Positions 26,826 to 36,122 of a stretch of DNA of 64,000 nt are shown in pieces. Both the position numbers and the translations under genes were made by a program. Each line of letters opens with the position of its first letter. The first letter of the stretch is position 1. The notes under the pieces are model-generated. The model did no database searches. It saw only the letters and a program-made list of their open reading frames with translations, and had not been told where the DNA came from. The stretch comes from a virus, in IMG/VR virus record IMGVR_UViG_3300035698_018873, positions 3,755 through 67,754 of that record. One strand, 5' to 3'.

Positions 26826-28496
26826 CTAATCATCTTCAGTCTCTTCTAAACTTAATTCAATTTCTTCTTTTAATATTTTCTCGACAATAGTAATTGCTGA
26901 TTTACTTTCTTCAGTCAAGTACTCTTCATCATCAATGCCATCAAGTTCGTTTTCATTGAGCATTTTTTGAAAACTCTTAAACGGACTATTTCTGTTTTTA
27001 TCTTCAAGAATTTTTGCATCCAAATCTTTAATTTCATTAACAATTGTTTCTAACAAAATGCCATTATATTTTTCTTCAAAGAAATCTTTATCATCACCTT
27101 CTTCACCGCCACTGTCATTTTCAGATTCTAATTTCATCTTCTTCTTAAGTAGGCTAAGTTCATCAACCGTCATATTCGTAAATCTAGAAACAATCCATTC
27201 ATCTGGAAATATTCCTAAGTCCTTTAGTCCACCCATTATATCAACTCTACTAGCCCAAGTTTCAATTCTATACAATTCATCAATTGCACTAGCCGAAGTC
27301 ATAGACAATTCAAAATCTTTTAAATCACTTGTTGAATAATTTCTTAATGCTAAGTGAACAAGAACTATTTTCTTAATACCTACAATAATTTGATCTTGCA
27401 CCCACTGAACAGCTTTTGCAAATTCTGGGGATTGAGATGCTACTGATTTACTACTATCTCCACTATCAGATTCGCCAAGACCAACTCTATAAAAAGGTAT
27501 TTTAAGAGCAGATATCATTTTCTTTTTAAAATATTCAATATCAGCAATAGCGTCAAGATTTTCAGCGCCTTGTAAAGTTTCAATTTCAACACCACTGCCA
27601 TCAGATGCTACAGGAACCCAATAATCATCATCTTGAATATGCGGCGCATATCTTTCATTCATTTCACCAGTGCTTGGGTCGATGAATTTATGCTTTTTAA
27701 ATCTTCTTGCAATTATTTCAATATATTGTTCTCGTTCCTTAGGTGGTAGATTACCAACTGGAACTTTAAACATTCTTTTTTCAGGTGCTCTAGTTAATCG
27801 ATAAACTAGGGCAGCATCCTCCATTAATCGTAGTCTTCTAAAGTCCCTACGAGCGCCATCCAGCAAACTTTTTCCATAAGGGTGGAAAATCTGTTCAAAA
27901 GATTCCAGCCTCATATGAGACACTTGCCAAGGATGATAATAACTTGGTTCACCTCCTTCTTCTTGAAAAAAGAAGCCAACTAAGTCGCTAAATTTTGTTT
28001 CAACTCTGGTAAAGTTATAAATCGCCATTGGTCTAACAGTAGCAACACCATCTCTGTTTTGAGTTGGTACTATTTCAACAGCAAAATCACCATATTTTGA
28101 TAAATATCTAGTAATTGGTCTTATCATAGCATCAATATTTAATGTGTTATACAAAAAATCTTCAATTTCAGTTTTCAATCTAGAACTAGTAGTTTTTACC
28201 AACACTGAATGATTTAATTCTGGATCTCTTAAAGAAGATTCATCAGCATACATGTCTAAAGCTAGCGAAATCTCACCAACTTCATCCATCTGATCATAGT
28301 CTTTATAGCGCTCCATTCTGTTAATTTGAACATTAGTTTGTTCAAGCATGAAACTAGGATCAGACAAATCAACAACATCTTGACCAGAGCTAAAAATTCT
28401 TTCAATCTCAGGTTGATTTTGGAGCAGATTTTCATGACCATAAATGTTTCCACGTTTAAACATCAAACGCAGTTTGTCGAATAAGGGCCAACTCAT
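26826..28496 (-). CDS. gp20: Portal protein (T4 gp20-like)
   Basis: LMEDAALVYRLTRAPEKRMFKV.VGNLP, DDYWVP, IETLQG, DIEYFKKKM..ALKIP. Confidence 0.96.
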   Translation of the reverse strand: MSWPLFDKLRLMFKRGNIYGHENLLQNQPEIERIFSSGQDVVDLSDPSFMLEQTNVQINRMERYKDYDQMDEVGEISLALDMYADESSLRDPELNHSVLVKTTSSRLKTEIEDFLYNTLNIDAMIRPITRYLSKYGDFAVEIVPTQNRDGVATVRPMAIYNFTRVETKFSDLVGFFFQEEGGEPSYYHPWQVSHMRLESFEQIFHPYGKSLLDGARRDFRRLRLMEDAALVYRLTRAPEKRMFKVPVGNLPPKEREQYIEIIARRFKKHKFIDPSTGEMNERYAPHIQDDDYWVPVASDGSGVEIETLQGAENLDAIADIEYFKKKMISALKIPFYRVGLGESDSGDSSKSVASQSPEFAKAVQWVQDQIIVGIKKIVLVHLALRNYSTSDLKDFELSMTSASAIDELYRIETWASRVDIMGGLKDLGIFPDEWIVSRFTNMTVDELSLLKKKMKLESENDSGGEEGDDKDFFEEKYNGILLETIVNEIKDLDAKILEDKNRNSPFKSFQKMLNENELDGIDDEEYLTEESKSAITIVEKILKEEIELSLEETEDD

Positions 28497-28500
28497 ATTA

Positions 28501-28507
28501 TATATTT
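28501..28507 (-). promoter_or_regulatory. AAATATA late-promoter-like motif 4 nt before the portal ATG
   Basis: Same motif and spacing at 2313, 34117, 40841, 48144, 48939. Confidence 0.55.
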
Positions 28508-28517
28508 ACCCAAAAAG

Positions 28518-29825
28518 CTAATTAACATAATATATGAATCTTTTTAATGGAGGAGTGTGCATTTTTCTATATTTAAAATTTGATGCAAAATCATTTTCAT
28601 TCATGTGCATTCCACGTGCTTTATTCCACAAAGTCTTTTTGTGCATTTTCCAACCATCATCATTAACATAAAAATACGAACTGGTTGTATTACCATCAAA
28701 TTTCCAATTACTTGCTTTGTATATTGTACCATCATGACCTTGCATTGGATCAGAATAAGAAACCAAAATTTTTGCACTAGTGTTAGCTTTTATATATTTT
28801 ATTGCTCTTTTTAAAAAATACGAACAAGTATTTTTATTATAATAAAACGGAGATACAGCTAGTCTTGACAATTCCAAGCATTCTTCTTTTTTAACACCAA
28901 GTCTATCATAAATCTGTTTTCTTATTGGATGAACAAACATAGCGCAGCATACTAACTTGTCATCTATGAATCCACCATATGCAATTCCATTTCTTCCAGA
29001 TCCTCCAAGATAATGAAATGACCCAAAAAAAACTTTGTATTCATCTGTTTTGACAATCTTAAATTCAAGATTTTTTAAAGATATATTATTAGGCTTGTAG
29101 TCATTAATTTTACACCAATGCTTTATTAATCTTATGACTTCATCACAATCAGCTAACTGCGATTCCCATATGATCTTTAATTCATAGTCACTTATTGATT
29201 TTATATAAGATTCTTTGGCTTTGTCTTTTACTATCACATTTGGCCTAGTATGCCAATAATTACCATTGACCTCCAATAAAATCTTTTTAACACCAGTATC
29301 AATCATAAAGTCAAATGTGTACGGCCCAACACGATATTGGTGAGTATGCTTAACACCAAGACCATTCAATATTGATATCATATTAACTTCAGTTGATGGT
29401 GTTTTATGCATCTGTTTAATAAGAGCTACAGCGTGTTTTTCTCTATAATCATTATTGGCCCAAGCTGCAATGGCAGACTCTGAACATTTTTGTTTATTTT
29501 CAGGAAGATTAACGGCGATAGTATGCTTGTTTTTATATTCATCGTCTGACCATAATTTTATACTACTTTTAGATCTTTCTTCTCTATAGTCTTTGTCTTT
29601 CCATTTTTCAAGTGACGACAACTTTAACTTATTTCTTACTTCGTCTACTGATCCTACGCATTTATGACAAAGCCAATCAATATTATTATTAACAATTTTT
29701 GATTTTATTCTTATCGTTAAATTGCTTATTTTCCCACATTTATCACACACAACAATTACTTTTGGCCTATACCCAGTTATGCATGATGTTCCGTATTTCT
29801 CTTTAGTTAAAACCCAATCAATCAT
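28518..29825 (-). CDS. Zinc ribbon + DUF559/Vsr-like endonuclease + Mom-like GNAT fusion
   Basis: CDKC..CHKC; QYRVGPYTFDF..LEVNGNYWH..IIWE; FHYLGG..ELSRL..KNTCSYFL..VSYSDPMQGHDGTIYKASNW. Confidence 0.82.
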   Translation of the reverse strand: MIDWVLTKEKYGTSCITGYRPKVIVVCDKCGKISNLTIRIKSKIVNNNIDWLCHKCVGSVDEVRNKLKLSSLEKWKDKDYREERSKSSIKLWSDDEYKNKHTIAVNLPENKQKCSESAIAAWANNDYREKHAVALIKQMHKTPSTEVNMISILNGLGVKHTHQYRVGPYTFDFMIDTGVKKILLEVNGNYWHTRPNVIVKDKAKESYIKSISDYELKIIWESQLADCDEVIRLIKHWCKINDYKPNNISLKNLEFKIVKTDEYKVFFGSFHYLGGSGRNGIAYGGFIDDKLVCCAMFVHPIRKQIYDRLGVKKEECLELSRLAVSPFYYNKNTCSYFLKRAIKYIKANTSAKILVSYSDPMQGHDGTIYKASNWKFDGNTTSSYFYVNDDGWKMHKKTLWNKARGMHMNENDFASNFKYRKMHTPPLKRFIYYVN

Positions 29826-31747
29826 TATTTATTAAAATACGAACGCTTATTTCTTGATGCAGGCATTTGAGCTTTTTTTTGTTCTAATGGTATTCCACCA
29901 CCAAGCTGGCCAACAAATATAGCCAATTCTTGATCTGCAGACATTCCTTGAGTTGGTTCCCCAGACGTTAACATTGGATACATTAAATCATTACCGCCTT
30001 TTTGTAATATCTCATCCATCGTTAAATCTATCCTTTTTTCAAATCCAGATTCTATCTCTTTAGAAGATGTTGGTATTAATCCATCTGGAGTCTGAAGAGC
30101 ATCCATTTTTCCTAAGCACGCTAATCCGCCAGCCGTCATTAAGTCATCATTATTACCAGATCCAGGCTCATTGCCCACTTTTCCATTACCCAAATGAATA
30201 TAGATCTGAGCTTCTGCCTGTAGCCTGGTCGATCTAAACAAAATGCCGTCATTTTCTAACCCAAAATGATCAATAATGGCCTTGACTATTTCTGGTTTGC
30301 TAGATCCAGATATAGGAAATCCAGGTTTTTTATCTTTTTTGCCAGACGACAATCTTCTAAAAAACAGATTGGGATAATAATAAATAGATTTTAAATCCTG
30401 AGATACCGTTTTGCCAATACCAGTGCTGTCAACAATAACCAAAGCATTATTGTAAAGTCTTCCCAAATAATCAATCATTTTGGTAAATTCAGAAGGTTCA
30501 CATTTTATTTTAAGTTCAGCTACTTGTCTATTAAGAGTAACATCAACTATTTCTATAGTTGAGAAGTCACTAGCTTCACCAGATGAAATATCAGCCCCAA
30601 GAGAATACCTATGACCTGGATTTCCTGGAACCATTATCCTATTATTTTCAATTACATCAATGGTCTTTTGGACAGGAAGTTCCCAAACCCATAAACTTTT
30701 CTGAAAATCAAGGAGAATATTATTAATATTAGCATTTGAATTGCTATATCTTACTGGTTGAGTTCTTATTTTATAATTTTCATCGAATGTTTTTTCTAAT
30801 ATAGTTAAGGCCTGAGGACTAAGTACAGTATTGCCTACGCCAATAAATTCCATTAATATTTCTTGTCTAAACTTCCAAGATTCACCTTTTTCTTGCAATT
30901 CATTATATTGAGTAACAAGCCAAGGACTTTTGAAATCACCGTACTTGTTCTTGTCTTCTATTGATTTACATTTTTCAATATTATCACATGGCGCAATACG
31001 AATATTCTTGCCACTAATCTTATCTTTAAACTCAATAACCCAGTCCATCTTCCACCATGGGATCTCAATGCCATGAAAGTTATTGGTCTTAACTAAAGAA
31101 TCTTCCCATGTGTGGTGATACCAATTGCCCTTACCATTAGAAGTGGAAATAACGATGACTCTACCACCATGCATTAACGTGGGCTGGCCAGCAGTCCACA
31201 TAGCTTCCATTTCTGGGATAAATCCAGCTTCGTCAATGATAACCAAAGAAGCAGTATTTGATCTAAGTGTGTCTTTAGAACTGGTAAGTGATTTTATTTC
31301 AGAACCATGAAAAAATTCTATTGAATGTTCATTATATGACTTTGGAGATTTGAATTTTTTAGAACCAAAATCTCTTGGATCACCAAAAGCCTCAAACATC
31401 CATTCTGGCAATTCTTCATAAACAAATTTCACATTTCTATCTAAGTAACCTTTAGCATCTTCATCACGTTTAGATACAATTAATACTTTTCTATTTGGGA
31501 AAAACATTGCCACCCAAAGAGCATATGCACCAGTTAGGGTTGAAATACCAGACTGGCGACATTTCCTATAAATTATTCGATCATGCTTTTTAAAATCTTT
31601 TATTGATTTCTTTTGATATCCAAACAATTTAAATGGTATAATTCCCGCGTTAGGATGTTTAATCTTGCAAAAGTGTTCGCAAAAAAACGCGAATGATTTT
31701 CTGCATTCGTTTAATAATTTGAATTTTTGTATTCTAGTTAGTGCCAT
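29825..31747 (-). CDS. gp17: Terminase large subunit (T4 gp17-like)
   Basis: FKLFGYQ, KCRQSGIST, IIDEAGFI, ISTSNG, FRQE, GADISSG..DFS, NDDL. Confidence 0.95.
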   Translation of the reverse strand: MALTRIQKFKLLNECRKSFAFFCEHFCKIKHPNAGIIPFKLFGYQKKSIKDFKKHDRIIYRKCRQSGISTLTGAYALWVAMFFPNRKVLIVSKRDEDAKGYLDRNVKFVYEELPEWMFEAFGDPRDFGSKKFKSPKSYNEHSIEFFHGSEIKSLTSSKDTLRSNTASLVIIDEAGFIPEMEAMWTAGQPTLMHGGRVIVISTSNGKGNWYHHTWEDSLVKTNNFHGIEIPWWKMDWVIEFKDKISGKNIRIAPCDNIEKCKSIEDKNKYGDFKSPWLVTQYNELQEKGESWKFRQEILMEFIGVGNTVLSPQALTILEKTFDENYKIRTQPVRYSNSNANINNILLDFQKSLWVWELPVQKTIDVIENNRIMVPGNPGHRYSLGADISSGEASDFSTIEIVDVTLNRQVAELKIKCEPSEFTKMIDYLGRLYNNALVIVDSTGIGKTVSQDLKSIYYYPNLFFRRLSSGKKDKKPGFPISGSSKPEIVKAIIDHFGLENDGILFRSTRLQAEAQIYIHLGNGKVGNEPGSGNNDDLMTAGGLACLGKMDALQTPDGLIPTSSKEIESGFEKRIDLTMDEILQKGGNDLMYPMLTSGEPTQGMSADQELAIFVGQLGGGIPLEQKKAQMPASRNKRSYFNK

Positions 31748-33159
31748 AAAAACCTAATACTACCAGCATTCCATAATCTTCTGAAACCATTGTTGAACAT
31801 ATTTTGGGCTCCAGATAAATTGTGGTCATATTCATCTAATTTTTCATTTAACTTGTGCTTTTGGTATTTTTGTCTATTAAAAATATTAAATTTGTCAGTG
31901 TAGTAATATCCTGGTTTAGTTATGCCGTCAACAGCAAATCCCAATTTTTTATACAGATTGCCATCAGAATACCTTCTATCAGCATAAGTCATTATCATAT
32001 CTGGTTTAATATTGCGAACAAACAGCTTGAACAACCTGCCAGCACCACCAATCACATTCATGTTAATTTTATTAGCGAATCTTGATATTTCCCATCCATA
32101 TTTATTGTGTCTATTGAACCCAATGCAGCAAACCAAAACACCATCATAACGCAATCCATACCTGATACTAGAATTTTTAGTTGATCCTTGCAAATGATTT
32201 TGATCCATAAATTTTTCGAATTCTTCGAATCCAATTTCATCTACTGTGCATTTCCTAGCGCCAATGCGTTGGTTTTTATTAAATCTAGATAACAACATTG
32301 ATTTAACAATATCAGTGTTATTTGTCCATTCACTCTCGAAAATCTGCAATAGACTAATGCCGTTATTCAATGCCAAATCGCATTTATCATAATGCTTATA
32401 CTTTTCTTGTTTAGTTTCAGTAGATCCAAAAGAGTGCCAAAACAAACCATGACATTCTATGCCAATGCTGCCAGACAATATGTCTATTTCAAATGGTTTT
32501 ATTGCTTTTCTATCATTAACAACACATTCAACATCATTATCAGCTAGAAATTCAGCAATTTCTTTATGAAATTTGGTTACAATAAAAGAGCATTTAGGGC
32601 AACCTTTTCCTTCTAAATGATTGTTAGGTTCCTGCTTGAATATACCATGCTTTTTGCATATTATGTTTATATTGCTTTTGTTGTGTTCATACTCAACTGT
32701 TGAATAATCATAGACATCGCCATGTTTATCTTTGGCTCTTTCTATAAACTGGTCATTAGTTAAAGTTCTAGAATTATGAGAACGATCTAATCCGCATTTT
32801 GGACATCCCTTGCCTTCCGCGTAAGATCTGTTATTTATTTTCACTTTCCCATGTTTATTGCATATAATATAAGAATTTTTATCACCATATGCAATTATTT
32901 TATGTTGCGTACCATAAATCAAAGTGCATTTAGCAATGAAATGATCTTCACCTTTTTTTAGTCTATTTTTATTAGCTGTTTTTCTACATTCAGGGCATGG
33001 GTATTTGCTTCTTAAATGCTCTGATGGTTTTTGCTCAAAAACCAAATCATGTTTATTGCAAATTATCTTTACTAATACTCCAGACCCCATATAATCTACT
33101 AGAGAATAATCATAAGCATCACCATGAACGGTTGTTGACTTATCAATAAAATTAGCCAT
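31738..33159 (-). CDS. Hef-like protein: zinc-ribbon repeats + endonuclease + GNAT-like C-terminus
   Basis: Repeats HG..YDYS.V.Y..IIC.KH..GCPKC; FEIDI..GIECHGLFWH..IFESEW; NHLQG..EISRF..GGAGRL..TYADRRYSDGNLY. Confidence 0.82.
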   Translation of the reverse strand: MANFIDKSTTVHGDAYDYSLVDYMGSGVLVKIICNKHDLVFEQKPSEHLRSKYPCPECRKTANKNRLKKGEDHFIAKCTLIYGTQHKIIAYGDKNSYIICNKHGKVKINNRSYAEGKGCPKCGLDRSHNSRTLTNDQFIERAKDKHGDVYDYSTVEYEHNKSNINIICKKHGIFKQEPNNHLEGKGCPKCSFIVTKFHKEIAEFLADNDVECVVNDRKAIKPFEIDILSGSIGIECHGLFWHSFGSTETKQEKYKHYDKCDLALNNGISLLQIFESEWTNNTDIVKSMLLSRFNKNQRIGARKCTVDEIGFEEFEKFMDQNHLQGSTKNSSIRYGLRYDGVLVCCIGFNRHNKYGWEISRFANKINMNVIGGAGRLFKLFVRNIKPDMIMTYADRRYSDGNLYKKLGFAVDGITKPGYYYTDKFNIFNRQKYQKHKLNEKLDEYDHNLSGAQNMFNNGFRRLWNAGSIRFLWH

Positions 33160-33775
33160 TTAATAAACTCTGAACATCATCATTTGTTAACGACTCATCT
33201 TCTGATTTGACAGCGATAGAGTCATTATTTTTAAGAGCAGCAAATAATTTGGCAATTGAATCCATAGTTGATGCTCTATTTCTGGAAATATCAACCTTAG
33301 TTTGAAGCAATTGAGCTACAGCTTGAATATCAGCAGCACGATAATTATCTTGTTCAACTTTTGGCAATAGCATACCTATTATGTCATCAGCCTTTTTACG
33401 ATCAGATTCTGCTTCATCAAACATCATTTCAGCACTATCGCAGTGCCTTTTCAAGAGACCTAGCACATTTTCTTGAAGCTTTTCTCTTTCCTCATCAACT
33501 CTATCTGCAACAACACTAGTTTTTGAAATTATGTTGTCGTATCCATCATCGTCATCGTCATCATCATCGTCATCATCATCATTGTTATTACTAACCAGGC
33601 TATCTTCAAAGTCATTTAGTTGAGGCTGAGGTTCTGGCTGAGGCTGAGGCTGAGGCTCTGGCTCTGGCTCTAATTCTGGCTCTAATTCTGGCTGAGGTTC
33701 TTCATTTTCTGCCTCTTCTATTTCTTCTAACAATCTAGCTAAGGCTGGATCAATATTATTAAGATCTTCACTCAT
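33152..33775 (-). CDS. Acidic helical protein, possible terminase small subunit
   Basis: Position upstream of TerL (one inserted gene); helical C-half; PE/PQ and poly-Asp repeats. Confidence 0.45.
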   Translation of the reverse strand: MSEDLNNIDPALARLLEEIEEAENEEPQPELEPELEPEPEPQPQPQPEPQPQLNDFEDSLVSNNNDDDDDDDDDDDDGYDNIISKTSVVADRVDEEREKLQENVLGLLKRHCDSAEMMFDEAESDRKKADDIIGMLLPKVEQDNYRAADIQAVAQLLQTKVDISRNRASTMDSIAKLFAALKNNDSIAVKSEDESLTNDDVQSLLNG

Positions 33776-33785
33776 GGTAGCCCAA

Positions 33786-34112
33786 TCAGTTATTAATTTC
33801 TGTTTTAAATACCTCTTCTTTTAATTCCATCAATCTTTCGAGCTTGAATGGCAATTTTACTTGATCACCTGCTTCTATGGCTATATTGATTAAATTTTCT
33901 ATTATAAAAGAAAATTCTGAAGCAATCTTAGTATCATTACCATTATAAAATTTTAAAAACGATTCAGATACTCCACGACGATTTCTTTTTGGATCATTAT
34001 TTCCATCTTTTTTAACTCTAACTCTTCCTTCAAAGTCTTTACCCTTTGGACCAACTTTTTTAAGTCTAGTTTTTCTGCTTATACGTTCTTCTGTAGATTT
34101 TGGATTTGACAT
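33786..34112 (-). CDS. Hypothetical protein
   Basis: 108-aa ORF with basic N-half; AAATATA-N4-ATG. Confidence 0.65.
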   Translation of the reverse strand: MSNPKSTEERISRKTRLKKVGPKGKDFEGRVRVKKDGNNDPKRNRRGVSESFLKFYNGNDTKIASEFSFIIENLINIAIEAGDQVKLPFKLERLMELKEEVFKTEINN

Positions 34113-34122
34113 GTTTTATATT

Positions 34123-36087
34123 TTATTCATCATCATCATAGTAAAAAGAATTATCTTCTTTGTTATCAAAATCTCTCATTTCCAAAATATTAACTGTAAA
34201 TTCATCTCTGTGATATCTTATTATTTTCAAAAATTGATTTATAGTAACATTATCTAATCCGCTAGCGTCCCTTAATTTTGTTTTAAATCCATCATGTGGC
34301 TTATCATCAGTCAGCCATATTTTTCTCATTGATATAACTAATGTAACAAAATCATTATCATAATCACAAAACGACTTTAATTCTTCTAAAAAGATTTCAA
34401 AATCTTCAATTGACTTAGACTTAGTTTTTTGTTTGCGTATTACAAAGTCTTTGTAAGACGGCATATTCTTCTTGTCTCGTTTTTCCTTTTTTAAGTATGC
34501 TAAAATCCTGGTCTTCGCCACTTGGCTGTTGTGAGAAATGAATCCATTGGCAATATATGAACTGTGTTCAGATGATACTTGGATTTCACAAACATCTGAT
34601 TCGGTCTTGCTTATGCTATTAACTGGTAGCCAAACAATATTGTTGTGCTTGCCCATCCCTTCAGCTAACCTATCAATAATAAAGCGCATATCATCGTCAT
34701 CATCAGGTACATCAAGGTTCGCTAATTTTACCCCAACTTTATTGAAATCACACAACCCAGTTTTTGACTTACGCGCAGATCTTAATTTAGATATACTATC
34801 TGGTATACTGTGCTTGGAACATAAGTCATTTATTTTTGAAGACAAGCCATATCTGAGCATCTTTATATTGCGTAAATTGCGTAAATTGATCTGTTTTCTT
34901 ACAATGCTAAATCCTATCGTGTCATAAAACTTTAGAGAGTCTAAAGATGACAACAAAATCTGGACAGCGCCAAGTAAACTACTGCTGCATTCTTTCTTAT
35001 CATTGCTGATTTTTGATATAATACCTAAGTTTAATAGCATTAATCTTATTTGACCAATCAGCTCTTTAGACGTAGAAATATACCCAACATTGCCATTATG
35101 CCTAGAAGAATGCCCGTCACCATCAAACATCCCTTGTAATGCAGAAATAACGACTTCTCTTGTTGATTTTAAAATGACATTTGGAATAATTTTTGAGTCA
35201 GCCTTTAACCCAGAGAGACCAATAAGTTCAATGAATTTAACAAATCCAACGTTATGAATATGAACTGCTTGTCTTTTCGGATAGTGTTTGCACAACAAGC
35301 CAATAGTATTATTGACCAACTTATTAATAACTTCCGTATCAATGTTGTATATGATCACACAGTTATTACCAACACAGCCTTTTGCAATATATAGCCCAAT
35401 TACATATGCCAATTCGCAATCAATATCACCAACAGACCACAATTCGTCGTTAAAATCAACCTCAATCTCATTGACAAAGGTATTTTGATTATATTGAATA
35501 CCAACTAAGTCACCTTCTTTTAAATCTCCAGATTTTGCCCATTCTGGGCCTTTATCACTCAATCTATATAACAAATGTTCTGGCGTGCAAGTGATATCAT
35601 ACCCAAGCTCAACCATTATTTTATTAACGCCTTTTCTATTTTTAACAACATTAGCAACAATATCTGTTATTCCATCTATCCCATACGTTTTTGTATTACC
35701 ATCACCAATAGCATTAGAAATATGTTTTATACCATCTTCTGTAAAAATATTGGTATCTGGAGCAACGCACCACATATTAAAAACTTTTGGTGACCCTGGA
35801 GCATTATTATATTTATAAAGAGTTTTTTCTATTTGCATCCAAGCAACTTGAAACAGCTCATAAAATGACGATTGATCTCTTCCTGGAAAAATATATTCAA
35901 AATTATGTGCCCTTATTATTTGTCTTATGAGTTCTTCTGCATGTATCATTATTTCATCACGCAAACAAATATCAACACACCCTCTACCTACATATCTATT
36001 CAAAAGTTCTTCAACTTTTGGATTATCAAAATACATATTTTTCTTTTTGGGTGCAGCTTTTTTTACAATTTTGGGAACTGGCAACAT
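34123..36087 (-). CDS. gp55-like late sigma factor containing an intein
   Basis: Exteins join as LYKYNNAPGSPKVFNMW|SQVAKTRILAYLKKEKR, resembling gp55 region 2; N-terminal MYFDN. Confidence 0.7.
   Translation of the reverse strand: MLPVPKIVKKAAPKKKNMYFDNPKVEELLNRYVGRGCVDICLRDEIMIHAEELIRQIIRAHNFEYIFPGRDQSSFYELFQVAWMQIEKTLYKYNNAPGSPKVFNMWCVAPDTNIFTEDGIKHISNAIGDGNTKTYGIDGITDIVANVVKNRKGVNKIMVELGYDITCTPEHLLYRLSDKGPEWAKSGDLKEGDLVGIQYNQNTFVNEIEVDFNDELWSVGDIDCELAYVIGLYIAKGCVGNNCVIIYNIDTEVINKLVNNTIGLLCKHYPKRQAVHIHNVGFVKFIELIGLSGLKADSKIIPNVILKSTREVVISALQGMFDGDGHSSRHNGNVGYISTSKELIGQIRLMLLNLGIISKISNDKKECSSSLLGAVQILLSSLDSLKFYDTIGFSIVRKQINLRNLRNIKMLRYGLSSKINDLCSKHSIPDSISKLRSARKSKTGLCDFNKVGVKLANLDVPDDDDDMRFIIDRLAEGMGKHNNIVWLPVNSISKTESDVCEIQVSSEHSSYIANGFISHNSQVAKTRILAYLKKEKRDKKNMPSYKDFVIRKQKTKSKSIEDFEIFLEELKSFCDYDNDFVTLVISMRKIWLTDDKPHDGFKTKLRDASGLDNVTINQFLKIIRYHRDEFTVNILEMRDFDNKEDNSFYYDDDE
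34528..35769 (-). mobile_element. 414-aa LAGLIDADG intein
   Basis: Starts CVAPDT, block B CTPEH, LQGMFDGDG, ends YIANGFISHN followed by Ser+1. Confidence 0.93.
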
Positions 36088-36122
36088 GATATATTTACAT
36101 CAGCAATACTGATAGATATTTA

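Noticed and set aside
29825-31747. Intein or intron in the terminase
   Set aside because: Continuous ORF with ordered motifs and no splicing signatures
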